Below the pieces are notes generated by a model. It was given only the letters and a program-made list of their open reading frames with translations. It did no database searches and had not been told where the DNA came from. From the NCBI GenBank assembly GCA_016178055.1, contig JACOUC010000035.1, forward strand, positions 77,325-141,324: a DNA stretch of 64,000 nucleotides, in the 5' to 3' direction. This DNA is from Chlamydiota bacterium. GTDB taxonomy: Bacteria > Auribacterota > JACPWU01. Numbering within the stretch: the stretch's first letter is position 1; the number at the start of each line of letters is the position of its first letter. Both the position numbers and the translations under genes were made by a program. Of this stretch, positions 30,951-40,807 are shown piece after piece.

Positions 30951-31788
30951 TTTTCAAAACCCAATCATTGCCAAACCTTCTTAATTTATACATATGCGGC
31001 TCTTCTGTTAGTTTCTTGGCCAAAATCTCATTCCCCCACGGATCATAAACCACACTAAAATTGCGGCCGCTGACTACTTCCCGAGGAGAATCCACCAACC
31101 AATCACAACAAGCGACGATCCTTTCGAAAGAAGTACACTCATCGCTCGCCAATTTATCAAGAGTCTTCTGGTAACTAGGACCTGCTCGTACACCCGCTTT
31201 CAAAGTTGATTCATGGATCTTGGTTTTAACCCAACCAGGTCCCACAATGACAAAACGGCAATCTGGAATCTCAGCATCCAAAAGTTCACACATCTTGATC
31301 AAAGCAATTTTAGAAACCGTGTACGCCGAATAATTGACAGTCGCATTGTTGGTCCCACCCCCTGCAAAAAAAAGAACGCAAGAACCTAATTTCGAATCGA
31401 CTCGACGGGTTGGAAGAAGTTCGCGAACGATTCTCATCGGACCTGTAAAATTGATCTTCAAAGATTCTTCCCATTCATCAAAATTGCACTCCTGAAAAGC
31501 ACTTACAGGATCTTGAGTCCCGGGACATAGGACCAACGCATCCCATTGGGGACAAAGGGCTCGAAGATTCACACAAGCATCCAATATCGATCTCTGATTT
31601 GAGAGATCGCAACGACCCATTTTCATGCCCCAACTGCTTAACTCCTCAACAGCCTGAGATTCTGTCCGATAGGTTCCAAACAAATTCCAGCCCCTCTCTA
31701 TCCATGATCTGCCGATAGCACTTCCAATATCACTGGACGCAGATATGATAATAGCTGAACTTCCAACACTCTCTCCTCTCACAAACAT
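30940..31788 (-). CDS. SDR-family oxidoreductase
   Basis: SASSDIG, YTVSK, GPGWV; RBS before ATG 31788. Confidence 0.8.
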   Translation of the reverse strand: MFVRGESVGSSAIIISASSDIGSAIGRSWIERGWNLFGTYRTESQAVEELSSWGMKMGRCDLSNQRSILDACVNLRALCPQWDALVLCPGTQDPVSAFQECNFDEWEESLKINFTGPMRIVRELLPTRRVDSKLGSCVLFFAGGGTNNATVNYSAYTVSKIALIKMCELLDAEIPDCRFVIVGPGWVKTKIHESTLKAGVRAGPSYQKTLDKLASDECTSFERIVACCDWLVDSPREVVSGRNFSVVYDPWGNEILAKKLTEEPHMYKLRRFGNDWVLKNGS

Positions 31789-31813
31789 ATTAAACTCCCT
31801 ATCAACCAAAGAG

Positions 31814-32626
31814 TTAAAAGGCTGATCGGTGTTTCCCCCCATTGACATGAAAACACGAGCCAGTAATCCATGCAGATTTATCAGAAGCAAGGAATGTAAC
31901 TAAACCCGCTACGTCGTCCCCTTGACCTATTCTACCCAAGGGAATTCTGGCCGCACCCTGAGCATCTATCTTGATTCTAGCATTGATGAGAGAAATTTCT
32001 TCCTCGTAAGCAACCTGTTTGGCTAATTGATCTCTTCCATCAGAATGCACCTGCCCCACACAAATAACATTGACCAAAACACCGTCACTTCCTAACAAAT
32101 TAGCCAAGTGCTTACTCAAATTAATCACCGCTGCCTTGCTTGCACAATAATGAGGGATTAAAAGACCAGGTTCTACCCCTGAAATGGACGCTATATTAAT
32201 AATACGTCCCACTTTTGATTTTTTGAGCCACGGCAAGGCCTGCTGTACAAAGTGAACCACTGTCATCACATTCAGATCAAATGCGGATATCCAATCATCA
32301 CGGTTTAAGTCATAAAATTTTGTTATTTTATTTACCCCACCAACGTTATTAACAAGAATATCTAGCCTGCCGAATCTCTGAATCGCATCCCCAACAACTC
32401 GCTGCACAGATTGAGGATCCGTAGCATCAGCAGCCACAGCAAAAGCTTTTCCTGGAAGTCTTTCAAATTCTTGCACAGTCGCCTCGAGCACGACAGGATC
32501 ACGAGCTGTCAAAACAACATCTGCACCTTCCTGAGCAAGGGACTGAGCAATAGCTTTACCAATGCCTTTGCTGCTTCCCGTGATAAGAGCCACTCGACCC
32601 GTCAAAGTTAAGTGAGTGTTTTCCAT
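31814..32626 (-). CDS. SDR-family oxidoreductase
   Basis: TGSSKGIG, NNVG, YCASK. Confidence 0.9.
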   Translation of the reverse strand: MENTHLTLTGRVALITGSSKGIGKAIAQSLAQEGADVVLTARDPVVLEATVQEFERLPGKAFAVAADATDPQSVQRVVGDAIQRFGRLDILVNNVGGVNKITKFYDLNRDDWISAFDLNVMTVVHFVQQALPWLKKSKVGRIINIASISGVEPGLLIPHYCASKAAVINLSKHLANLLGSDGVLVNVICVGQVHSDGRDQLAKQVAYEEEISLINARIKIDAQGAARIPLGRIGQGDDVAGLVTFLASDKSAWITGSCFHVNGGKHRSAF

Positions 32627-32684
32627 CCACCTTCCTTAAGTGTTGAACTGTCACAAATTGAAGCCCACGAAAGCTGAAAGGGCA

Positions 32685-34748
32685 TCAACCCAAGGGGAAA
32701 GACCCAAGGCTTGCCACAATATCTTCCGCAGCTGGAACAACTTCTCGAAACAATCGTTTGATAGGTGATACTCGCATCAAAATTCGACTCATTCCATCTA
32801 ACGATGTGCCGTACTGTTTAACATATCCTTCTATCAAAGTCTTTTGCTTATCCGTGTGCGCAAAGAGAAAGTTGCAAGGTTTATCCAGTAAATAAAGAGA
32901 GGGATCCACATTGTAGTTTTGTTCCCCAATGGCTGAAAAATCAAAATGAAGAAGACGATTAAACCGTCTTTCTGCATTAGTCAAATCTACTTTTCTAAGC
33001 AAGCCATATTCTTTCAATTCTTCCAAATACAGTTCTTTAATCTCATCCAGACGCTCAGACTCTTTGAGCATCGTTTTCATGATCGCAAACAATGCGTTAT
33101 GCAAATCAACCTGCAAATTTAAAAATGCTACGGCCTTACCATTGGACATTTCATTGGTACTACTTTCACTGCTGAAAAAGGCATCCATGTTTTCACGCAC
33201 ATAAGCTGCTAGATCTTCTCGCCTATCCCAGAGGCGGCTGATTGTCTCGGCACGAAACGAATCATACAAATGAATCAACCCCTCAGTGAAAGACCGCCGC
33301 GTGTTGTGAAAACGCATGATGAAATCAAACCAGGGAAAGCCTGCCCATTTACATAACCCCCATAACTCGGCAAAAGTCCTCCCATTGTGCACAATTTCTA
33401 CCGTGAGATCTAATTCTCGACATTCAATATACTCTTCAAAACTCAAACTATGAGTCTGAATACAAATTTCTTCAGATTCAACAGAGCTGAAAATTTCATC
33501 TTGAAAATCATATTTACCAAAAGACCGCGGCATGATGCGATATTTCGTCTTCATCGCATATTGGTTTCGAGTTTTGGGAGTGTTAAGTTCAGTTTGAGGA
33601 AGCATAATAAGCTGATACATTCTCAAAACTCCTAGATTGGCTTCTACCACATCGCGTAGAGAGTGCATGTGTTTTTCCATCGTATCCCCTGGCAAACCTA
33701 AAATAATTTCAGAATAAGTGTCCGCACTCGTTTTATTAGCCTGCTGAGCCATGGTACTTAGGGCATCCAGAGAAATATTAGATCGCTGAATATTGCTGAG
33801 CACCGTTTGATCCGTAGATTGTAACGATGCAGCAATATTCAGCGCACCATTGAGCATAGATGCAACTTCGATCACGTGTTCCTTCCGGTTCTTTCCAGTT
33901 GAGACAACCACTCGCTGTGGCCAACCATATTTATCCTGGATAGAGGCAATGATGCCTGCCTTTGCTTTGTCCTCTTTATACATTCCAAAATTAGCATCTG
34001 TAAGGTATAAATCAGGGACACTCCCAACACGCTGCGCAATGTACTCTAGCTCATCCTTTAAATCAATTCTTTGTGCAACTTTAGAATAATAGGATGACCC
34101 TTCAGAACAAAACGTACAAGTAAAGGGGCAACCCCGTGTTGTGTGAACCATGGGTGATAAAACTTGATCGAAAAACTTATCCATCAACCCCATCAAGTAT
34201 GGAGAGGACAATTCCCCCAAATCTTTGATTCTGGGAAGCATTTCTCCAATCATCATCTTGCCATTAGACCAATAATGACAGTTGGGAAGTAGCCTCTGAT
34301 CCCGTTTTAAGGCGAGTACATCATAATTTACCTCGTGCAATGCTTTAACCAGCTCAATCATTGCCAATTCACCTTCCTTGACAACATAAAAGTCAAGAAG
34401 CGGAAACCGATTCCAAAATGCCAGCATTTCTTCTTCTGTCAGACCATAATTAGGACCTCCAAACACAATCACGGTATCTGGAAAACTTTTCTTTATGCGG
34501 CTTGCATATTGATAAGACAAGTCACAGTTCCACGAGTAGTTTGTAAAACCAGCGATTCGAGGCATACGCCGCCGAAGAGAACGAGACAAATCTTGAGGAT
34601 ATTTAAAAACTTCCACCTCGACAATCTCAGGCAGGCTTCTTAGCAATTGCGCCCCAATCAAACCACCCGCCAAGGGATGTACATTGGATGAAATAACCGA
34701 TCCAGTATGCGTAAGATCTGATAAATAGATTAGAGTCTTTGCAATCAT
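32685..34748 (-). CDS. B12-binding radical SAM protein
   Basis: FTNYSWN, VFGGPN, RGCPFTCTFC, DANFG. Confidence 0.88.
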   Translation of the reverse strand: MIAKTLIYLSDLTHTGSVISSNVHPLAGGLIGAQLLRSLPEIVEVEVFKYPQDLSRSLRRRMPRIAGFTNYSWNCDLSYQYASRIKKSFPDTVIVFGGPNYGLTEEEMLAFWNRFPLLDFYVVKEGELAMIELVKALHEVNYDVLALKRDQRLLPNCHYWSNGKMMIGEMLPRIKDLGELSSPYLMGLMDKFFDQVLSPMVHTTRGCPFTCTFCSEGSSYYSKVAQRIDLKDELEYIAQRVGSVPDLYLTDANFGMYKEDKAKAGIIASIQDKYGWPQRVVVSTGKNRKEHVIEVASMLNGALNIAASLQSTDQTVLSNIQRSNISLDALSTMAQQANKTSADTYSEIILGLPGDTMEKHMHSLRDVVEANLGVLRMYQLIMLPQTELNTPKTRNQYAMKTKYRIMPRSFGKYDFQDEIFSSVESEEICIQTHSLSFEEYIECRELDLTVEIVHNGRTFAELWGLCKWAGFPWFDFIMRFHNTRRSFTEGLIHLYDSFRAETISRLWDRREDLAAYVRENMDAFFSSESSTNEMSNGKAVAFLNLQVDLHNALFAIMKTMLKESERLDEIKELYLEELKEYGLLRKVDLTNAERRFNRLLHFDFSAIGEQNYNVDPSLYLLDKPCNFLFAHTDKQKTLIEGYVKQYGTSLDGMSRILMRVSPIKRLFREVVPAAEDIVASLGSFPLG

Positions 34749-34760
34749 AAGAATTTCTCC

Positions 34761-35603
34761 TTAAATTGGGACCGAGCTCTCATCATGTCTCTTCTGAAAA
34801 TGAAGCATCAAACTAAATTGTTCCTGCACAGACATTCCACCATCCATCACAATACATTGACCAGAAATATAGGATGCGTTGGGTGAACAAAGAAACAGCG
34901 CCGCATGAGCAACATCATCAGAACGCCCTGGCTGTCCCATCGGATGGCAAAATTCAACCAGTTCTCGATAACCTTGATTGTCATCTTGCCTATAACGATC
35001 AAGATCTTCATCCCGAATAATAACGCCAGGCAATAATGCATTAACTCGAACACCTTCTGCACCTCCTCGAACAGCAAAATAGCGAGTCATCTGAGTCAAT
35101 CCCACTTTCGCAATTTGATAGACAGGAGAAACTTCACGTGCAGAAAGCAGTCCTGTGATTGAACTGATGTTAACAATGCTTCCCCCGCCATTTTTTGCCA
35201 TTGTAGAAATAGCTGCCTGAGACGCAAAGAACGCAGCCCGAAGATTAACAGCCATTTCGAGATCCCAACTTTCTTCATCATCCGATTTGTCCCGAGAACG
35301 GACAGCCCTTGCATTATTCACCAAAACATCAATCTTTCCATAACTCCTGACAATCTGACGAATCATCTCTTGTGGTGTCCCCTTCTCACTTAAATCAACT
35401 TTCAAAAACGTAGAAGAGAGCTTTCGATCACGTAAATCTGTTACGGTTGTATGTCCCTCTTTATCATTGAGATCGCAGACAATAACCATCGCGCCTTTTT
35501 GAGCAAATGCATTAACAATGTTTTTACCAATACCTCGTGCGCCTCCTGTAACAGCAACTATTTTCCCTTCAAAAAGAGATAGAGAATCAGGCGTGATGGA
35601 CAT
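34761..35603 (-). CDS. SDR-family oxidoreductase
   Basis: TGGARGIG, NNA, YQIAK. Confidence 0.88.
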   Translation of the reverse strand: MSITPDSLSLFEGKIVAVTGGARGIGKNIVNAFAQKGAMVIVCDLNDKEGHTTVTDLRDRKLSSTFLKVDLSEKGTPQEMIRQIVRSYGKIDVLVNNARAVRSRDKSDDEESWDLEMAVNLRAAFFASQAAISTMAKNGGGSIVNISSITGLLSAREVSPVYQIAKVGLTQMTRYFAVRGGAEGVRVNALLPGVIIRDEDLDRYRQDDNQGYRELVEFCHPMGQPGRSDDVAHAALFLCSPNASYISGQCIVMDGGMSVQEQFSLMLHFQKRHDESSVPI

Positions 35604-35811
35604 ATTCCAAGGGCTCCTTTACAATTTGATCCCAATATTTTTCTATCCAGGCAACAACACCTCCAACACCTTCATTCAAAGAGATTTTATTTGACCATCC
35701 TAATGTCTTTCTCGCCTTCGTCGAATCAATCACATAAGCTTGATCTTGTCCCAAGCGCTCCGGTGCAACAACCGTAACATCCTCAAAAGATTTTCCTAAA
35801 ACAAATGTCAC
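35587..35811 (-). pseudogene. 3' stub (74 aa) of an NDP-sugar dehydratase/epimerase, a diverged copy of the 38271 gene end
   Basis: RLGQDQAYVIDSTKARKTLGW...; 39/55 aa identical to the 38271-38438 translation. Confidence 0.85.
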
Positions 35812-36620
35812 GCAACCATTCGTGGGGGCTTATTTCCAGGAACAAGAAGCCTATTATTTTTTTTTAAAACCTTCAATTCATCAATGATAGGCGCCCAATA
35901 GATACGATCCCTTCTTCGTGATTCTTCTATTTCCAATGCCATTTCTTGAGAAGCCTCTTTAAGATGTACCGCTTTTCTATGATCCTGTAGCAATGCTTGT
36001 AAACACAGAGATAAGCATTTTCTAGAAAGATGTGCACCTATTGTTTTAGCTGTTTCATCCGACTGAAGGTAATCAAGTATATCCTCAACCTCAAAACTAT
36101 TTTTTAATATCCATTTCCAGTCATTCATTTTCAATTTTCTTTCAGAAAGATTCCTGGATTCGATTCGAACAAGATTTGAAATGATCGGGTAGTCTTCCAA
36201 ACGTCTCGTTTTTTTTATTTCCACCAAATCTCTTATTGCAACTACAGGAATTTTGCCCCAATCTGTCATTGGGTATTTTACACGCTTGAAAGAATCATCA
36301 TAATCCCCAACCCGAGGGGCTACTCCCATAACATCCAAAAACCAAAAAGGAATATTTTTGTCTTCATCTGGAATCTGAAAATGAAAACCATGCCCTTGAG
36401 AGATCCATTTCATTGAAATGGGCGGCGTTAATTTGTATATCACTGCACCCACACTTCCAAGCACCTTTAGAAATCTGTTCCAGTTCTCTTTCACTGGTTG
36501 AACCCACAGATCAATATCTTCTGAAAAGGTGGCGGCTCCATAAATCACAGAAGCCTGCCCGCTAATCAACATATAAGAAACGCCTGAAATATTAAGGTCT
36601 TGGAAAAATCTTTTTATCAT
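35808..36620 (-). CDS. Nucleotidyltransferase-fold protein (AbiEii-like), putative TA/Abi component
   Basis: LISGQA...FSEDIDLW and LVEIKKTRRLED motifs. Confidence 0.65.
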   Translation of the reverse strand: MIKRFFQDLNISGVSYMLISGQASVIYGAATFSEDIDLWVQPVKENWNRFLKVLGSVGAVIYKLTPPISMKWISQGHGFHFQIPDEDKNIPFWFLDVMGVAPRVGDYDDSFKRVKYPMTDWGKIPVVAIRDLVEIKKTRRLEDYPIISNLVRIESRNLSERKLKMNDWKWILKNSFEVEDILDYLQSDETAKTIGAHLSRKCLSLCLQALLQDHRKAVHLKEASQEMALEIEESRRRDRIYWAPIIDELKVLKKNNRLLVPGNKPPRMVA

Positions 36621-36756
36621 GGATTTCCTCTATGTTTTTGAGTCTTAGGCGAAGCGCACAAGAACGGCGAAGCCTTCCTCGAGCCGTCATTTTCTGCCAA
36701 GCAGTTCTCTGAAATGTCCCAATAAGCGATTCATTAAGGTATATCATTTTTCTCAT
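36592..36756 (-). CDS. Small basic protein, putative partner of the NTase
   Basis: Short ORF overlapping the NTase start; start codon uncertain. Confidence 0.5.
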   Translation of the reverse strand: MRKMIYLNESLIGTFQRTAWQKMTARGRLRRSCALRLRLKNIEEIHDKKIFPRP

Positions 36757-37073
36757 GTTTTGAATTACTCGTCCCTGCTTTAATTTACGAGACAGTGTTT
36801 CGTGAATTGAAGCAATTCTGGATAACACCCAAAGGTTTAAGACGACTCTTATCCACCGCCACTCCTTTTCGGCTTCTTATCCCGTCAAGACCGATCAAAG
36901 TGCTTCATGAATGATGGGGTCCATTGACTTACTAAGTTTCGCCAGCATCCAAAGGTCTTTAGAAGTGGCGACCGAATTAACGCGAATGTTTCCAAATTCC
37001 AATGTTTCGGACAGCAGTTGGGTTCTTAAGAAGAAAATATATTTGGCACGGTCATAGGGCTGTTTAAAATCCA

Positions 37074-38108
37074 TCAATTTTTCATCTCCTCTAGAAGCTG
37101 GCTTTTCAGTTCTTTTTCAGGAGGTAAAATTTTCTTAAGATCTGATGGAATTTTATTTGTTAAATGATATTGAGACACACCCATAGGGTTCTTAACACTT
37201 CGAAGGGCATATTCTACAACGATATTTTTCTTCTCGGCGCAAAGGATAATACCAATGGAAGGATTTTCATCTTTGAAACGCACTTTATCATTCAATAAAT
37301 GAAGATAAAAATCCATTTTCCCTGCATATTCAGGCTGAAATTTTCCTGTTTTCAGCTCAATGGCAACAAGGCATTTGAGCTTTCGGTTAAAGAAAAGCAA
37401 ATCTATGAAATATTCTTCCCCGTCTATCTCAAGCCGGTATTGATTACCGATAAATGAAAACCCGGCACCAAGCTCAAGAATAAAATGTTTCATTTTTTCA
37501 ATAAGCCGTTTTTCAAGCTCCCGCTCCACAAAAGGTCTGGTTATCCCAAGAAAATCAAGGTTGTAGACGCTTTTAAGTGATTCATCGGCCTGTTCTGCCA
37601 AATATGCTGGTAAAACTTTCTCGTAATTGTGTTGTTTTTTCTTCAAGTGGAGTCGATAGGCATCAGCTTTGATTTGATTCAAAAGAACATTTCTTGACCA
37701 TCCTAATTTGGATGATTCGTTAATATAATATTCCCGTTCTTTGAGATCCTTAATTTTCTGCATAATAAGAATATTATGACCCCATGGAATTTCTGGCACA
37801 AGCTGTGCCAGTTTTACATCATCCTTGTATTCAAGATAAAACATTCGCATCCGCCATAGATTATCCGGTGAAAAGCCTTCCAAACTTGGATACTCACGGT
37901 TAAGGTCATGGGATAATTGTTCAACAACCCTTTGCCCCCATTTATATTTTTCCTGGCGCTCAACAATGCTCTTGCCAATATCCCAGTATAGTTTAATAAG
38001 ATCTTTATTAATCGAGCGTGCGGAACCAATGCGGGCAGAAACAATGCGTGATTTGATTTCATGCAGGAATTGACCATAGGCTTTTGAAGTGATCTCGCCA
38101 GATTTCAT
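37074..38108 (-). CDS. YhcG/DUF1016 PD-(D/E)XK nuclease domain protein
   Basis: LYWDIG, IPWGHN, IDLLFF, IELK, GKMDFY. Confidence 0.92.
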   Translation of the reverse strand: MKSGEITSKAYGQFLHEIKSRIVSARIGSARSINKDLIKLYWDIGKSIVERQEKYKWGQRVVEQLSHDLNREYPSLEGFSPDNLWRMRMFYLEYKDDVKLAQLVPEIPWGHNILIMQKIKDLKEREYYINESSKLGWSRNVLLNQIKADAYRLHLKKKQHNYEKVLPAYLAEQADESLKSVYNLDFLGITRPFVERELEKRLIEKMKHFILELGAGFSFIGNQYRLEIDGEEYFIDLLFFNRKLKCLVAIELKTGKFQPEYAGKMDFYLHLLNDKVRFKDENPSIGIILCAEKKNIVVEYALRSVKNPMGVSQYHLTNKIPSDLKKILPPEKELKSQLLEEMKN

Positions 38109-38270
38109 TCAAATACTCCTTGATTTCCCATAAATGCGAAGGTACATTCGTCCTTCACCCCCAGATGTTTCGTCCAGCTAATTTCTTCAACCAGTGGTTG
38201 GAGATTTGCGTTTTTTTGACATGCATCATCTCCTGCTTCAGACACATCACTCATAATCAGATTTTTGAAA

Positions 38271-38940
38271 TTAGGGCTTGTGAACATAATCCAAAGGCTC
38301 CTTCGTAACTTGATCCCAAAATTGATCAATCCAATTCACAACCCCTTTAAGACCTTCTTCGAGAGAAATTCTTGAAGACCACCCTAAAGTTTTCCTCACT
38401 TTTGTCGAATCAATCACATAAGCTTTATCTTGTCCCAAAGGCAGCGTAGGGAGTCGAGGGATTCATGGGAGAAGTCTCTGTCACATTCCCCTCACAGGTT
38501 CCATAAACCTCGGGAGAAGAAATATGTACATATCGCTTCAAATATTTCTTATCTTTGAGATGATGAATTAATTGCGCCAAGGCCACGGTATTGGTCTGAA
38601 ACCAATGATGAGGATTTTCCCAACTTGGAGCCACTTCGCTTTGCGCTGCAAAATTAACGATGTATTCTGGCTGAAACTGATCCAAAGTTTCTAAAATACG
38701 CGACATGTCTTTATTAAAATCCAATTGATGAAATTTAAAATTCCCATTTACAGAGTGGCGTTTATAGGGCAAAAAAAGCTCCGTCTTTTCTGGAGAACGG
38801 CTCGCCCCCATCACTTCGAAACGCCCTTCCTCTAAAAGCAAATCTATAAAATCACTTCCAGAGAAAGAATTGCTTCCAAGGACTGCAACCTTTTGTCTTC
38901 TGTGTTCTGTCTTCTGTATTCTGTCTTCTGTATTCTGCAT
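38271..38940 (-). pseudogene. NDP-sugar dehydratase/epimerase with an internal deletion and frameshift
   Basis: GSNSFSG...NPSTPYAA joins out of frame to LGQDKAYVIDSTK...YVHKP*. Confidence 0.85.
38896..38937 (-). repeat. Six tandem heptamers CAGAA(G/T/C)A immediately after the ATG
   Basis: CAGAATA CAGAAGA CAGAATA CAGAAGA CAGAACA CAGAAGA. Confidence 0.85.
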
Positions 38941-38942
38941 TT

Positions 38943-39788
38943 TTAAAAAGGCCCTCGAAACGCAGGATCTGGAACATCCAAATGAATCGCCGAGAACGGA
39001 ATCTCCTCTTCAAGATGATCTCTTTGAAACATTTCACGTGTTGCTGCAACCATCTCAGTGGCTCGGGGATAAAATCGTTTTGCGAGAGTGGGCGTCGTAG
39101 GAGTGGGGACATCTGGAAGGGCAACGCGTTTTGGAGCACATTTGAGTTCGTTCATGGCTTTTTCAGCAACCAAGGCAATAATCTCTGCAGAAGCTCCAAA
39201 AGATTTCCAGCTCGTATCTGCAACAATTAATCGTCCTGTTTTCCGCACTATATTGTGCAGCCATCGATGCTCAATAAAAATGACAGGATTATTGTCCTCA
39301 ATGCTTGAAATCAAAAGGCCCTTTGCATCATAAGGAGTGACCGGCATGACCACTTTCAAACCTGGCACATGTGCAAACCAAGACTGAAGGCTTTGTGAAT
39401 GCTGAGGCCCTTGCCCCCAACCTCGACCTATAATTAAGCGAACTACCAAGGGAACATGGGCTTCGCCTCCAAACATGTAATGCCATTTAGCGGCCTGATT
39501 CACCATTGGCTCCATGGCAAGCATGGCAAAATCAATTCGCTGATGCGTTAGAATCGGTCTCATCCCCACAAGGGCTGAACCGATCGCAACGCCCGTCATC
39601 CCATTTTCTGAAACGGGCATATCCATCACACGCCCATTTCCAAACTTTTCTTGTAGGCCTGAAGTCGTCCCAAAAATACCTTTCGGATCCGGCACTCCCA
39701 ATCCCATGATATAAACGCTCGGATTGCTCTCCATGCAAAGCGTGGTCGCTTCGCGAATGGCTTCAAAAAATTTAAGTTCTCTAGGCAT
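38943..39788 (-). pseudogene. 2-oxoacid dehydrogenase E1 beta-like subunit with an in-frame internal deletion
   Basis: DMPVSE and GPQHSQ present, but EHRWLHNI joins directly to VRKTGRL. Confidence 0.7.
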
Positions 39789-40746
39789 AGACATTCTCAT
39801 AAAGCGCTGATTCTTCTGGAAAAGGACTTTGTTTAGCAAATTGAACCGATCCTTCTACCTCATCATCAATCAATTTTGCCATTTGATTTAATTCTTCTTC
39901 CGTAATACTGTTTTCGTTTAGTAATTTTTTTCGGAAATTTTCAAGAGGACATTTCTTTTTCCAAATTTCAAATTCTTCAGGCGTTCGATAACCCAAGTCA
40001 TTGTCAAAATTTGGACCGCAATGCTCGCGCCAGCGGTAGGTCGTAAACTCAAGAAAAGAGGGGCCTTTGCCTTCACGTGCCTTCTGAATGGCTTTTTGGG
40101 CAAGCGTAAAAACCGCCACGACATCATTGCCATCCGCTTTATGGCTTTCAATGCCGTACCCGCACACCAGTTCAAAAACTTCACGATTTTCGGGCTGGCG
40201 AACTTCCAGAGGCGAATAGACAGAATATAAATTATTTTCACAAATAAAAATCACCGGCAGTTTTTTCAAAACAGCAAAATTAATACTCTCATGAAACACA
40301 CCTTCTTCAGTCGCCGCCTCTCCAAAGAAAACCGTGGTCACACGAGATTCTTTTTTCATTTGAGTCCCCAAGGCGGCTCCAACCCCAATAGGAATCGTAC
40401 TTCCCACAATGGGCGTAGACCCCAGAAAACCAACTGAAAGATCAATCAAATGCATGGACCCGCCCTTACCTTTTGAGCAGCCCGTCCCCTTTCCATAAAG
40501 CTCCGCCATCATTTTTCTAAGATCCCCACCCTTAGCTAAATAATGGCCGTGAGCACGATGACCGCTCATCGCATAATCTCCCTGGGTCAACGCCTGACAA
40601 ACACCGACAGCAACGGCTTCCTGACCAATACAAAGATGTATCGGACAACGCATTTCCTGTTCTGGATAAAGCTCCGCAATCTTTTCCTCGATTTTGCGAA
40701 TGCGGAGCATTTGGTAGTATAGTTTTTTTAGAATTTGGACTTCCAT
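39781..40746 (-). CDS. ThDP-dependent dehydrogenase E1 alpha-like subunit
   Basis: HLCIGQEA, GGSMH, FGEAA...ENN, YRWREH. Confidence 0.9.
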   Translation of the reverse strand: MEVQILKKLYYQMLRIRKIEEKIAELYPEQEMRCPIHLCIGQEAVAVGVCQALTQGDYAMSGHRAHGHYLAKGGDLRKMMAELYGKGTGCSKGKGGSMHLIDLSVGFLGSTPIVGSTIPIGVGAALGTQMKKESRVTTVFFGEAATEEGVFHESINFAVLKKLPVIFICENNLYSVYSPLEVRQPENREVFELVCGYGIESHKADGNDVVAVFTLAQKAIQKAREGKGPSFLEFTTYRWREHCGPNFDNDLGYRTPEEFEIWKKKCPLENFRKKLLNENSITEEELNQMAKLIDDEVEGSVQFAKQSPFPEESALYENVYA

Positions 40747-40807
40747 AGGGTAATAAGAGTGAGTGGTTATTGGTGAGAGGTACTTTTACCACTCACCACT
40801 CTACCCC

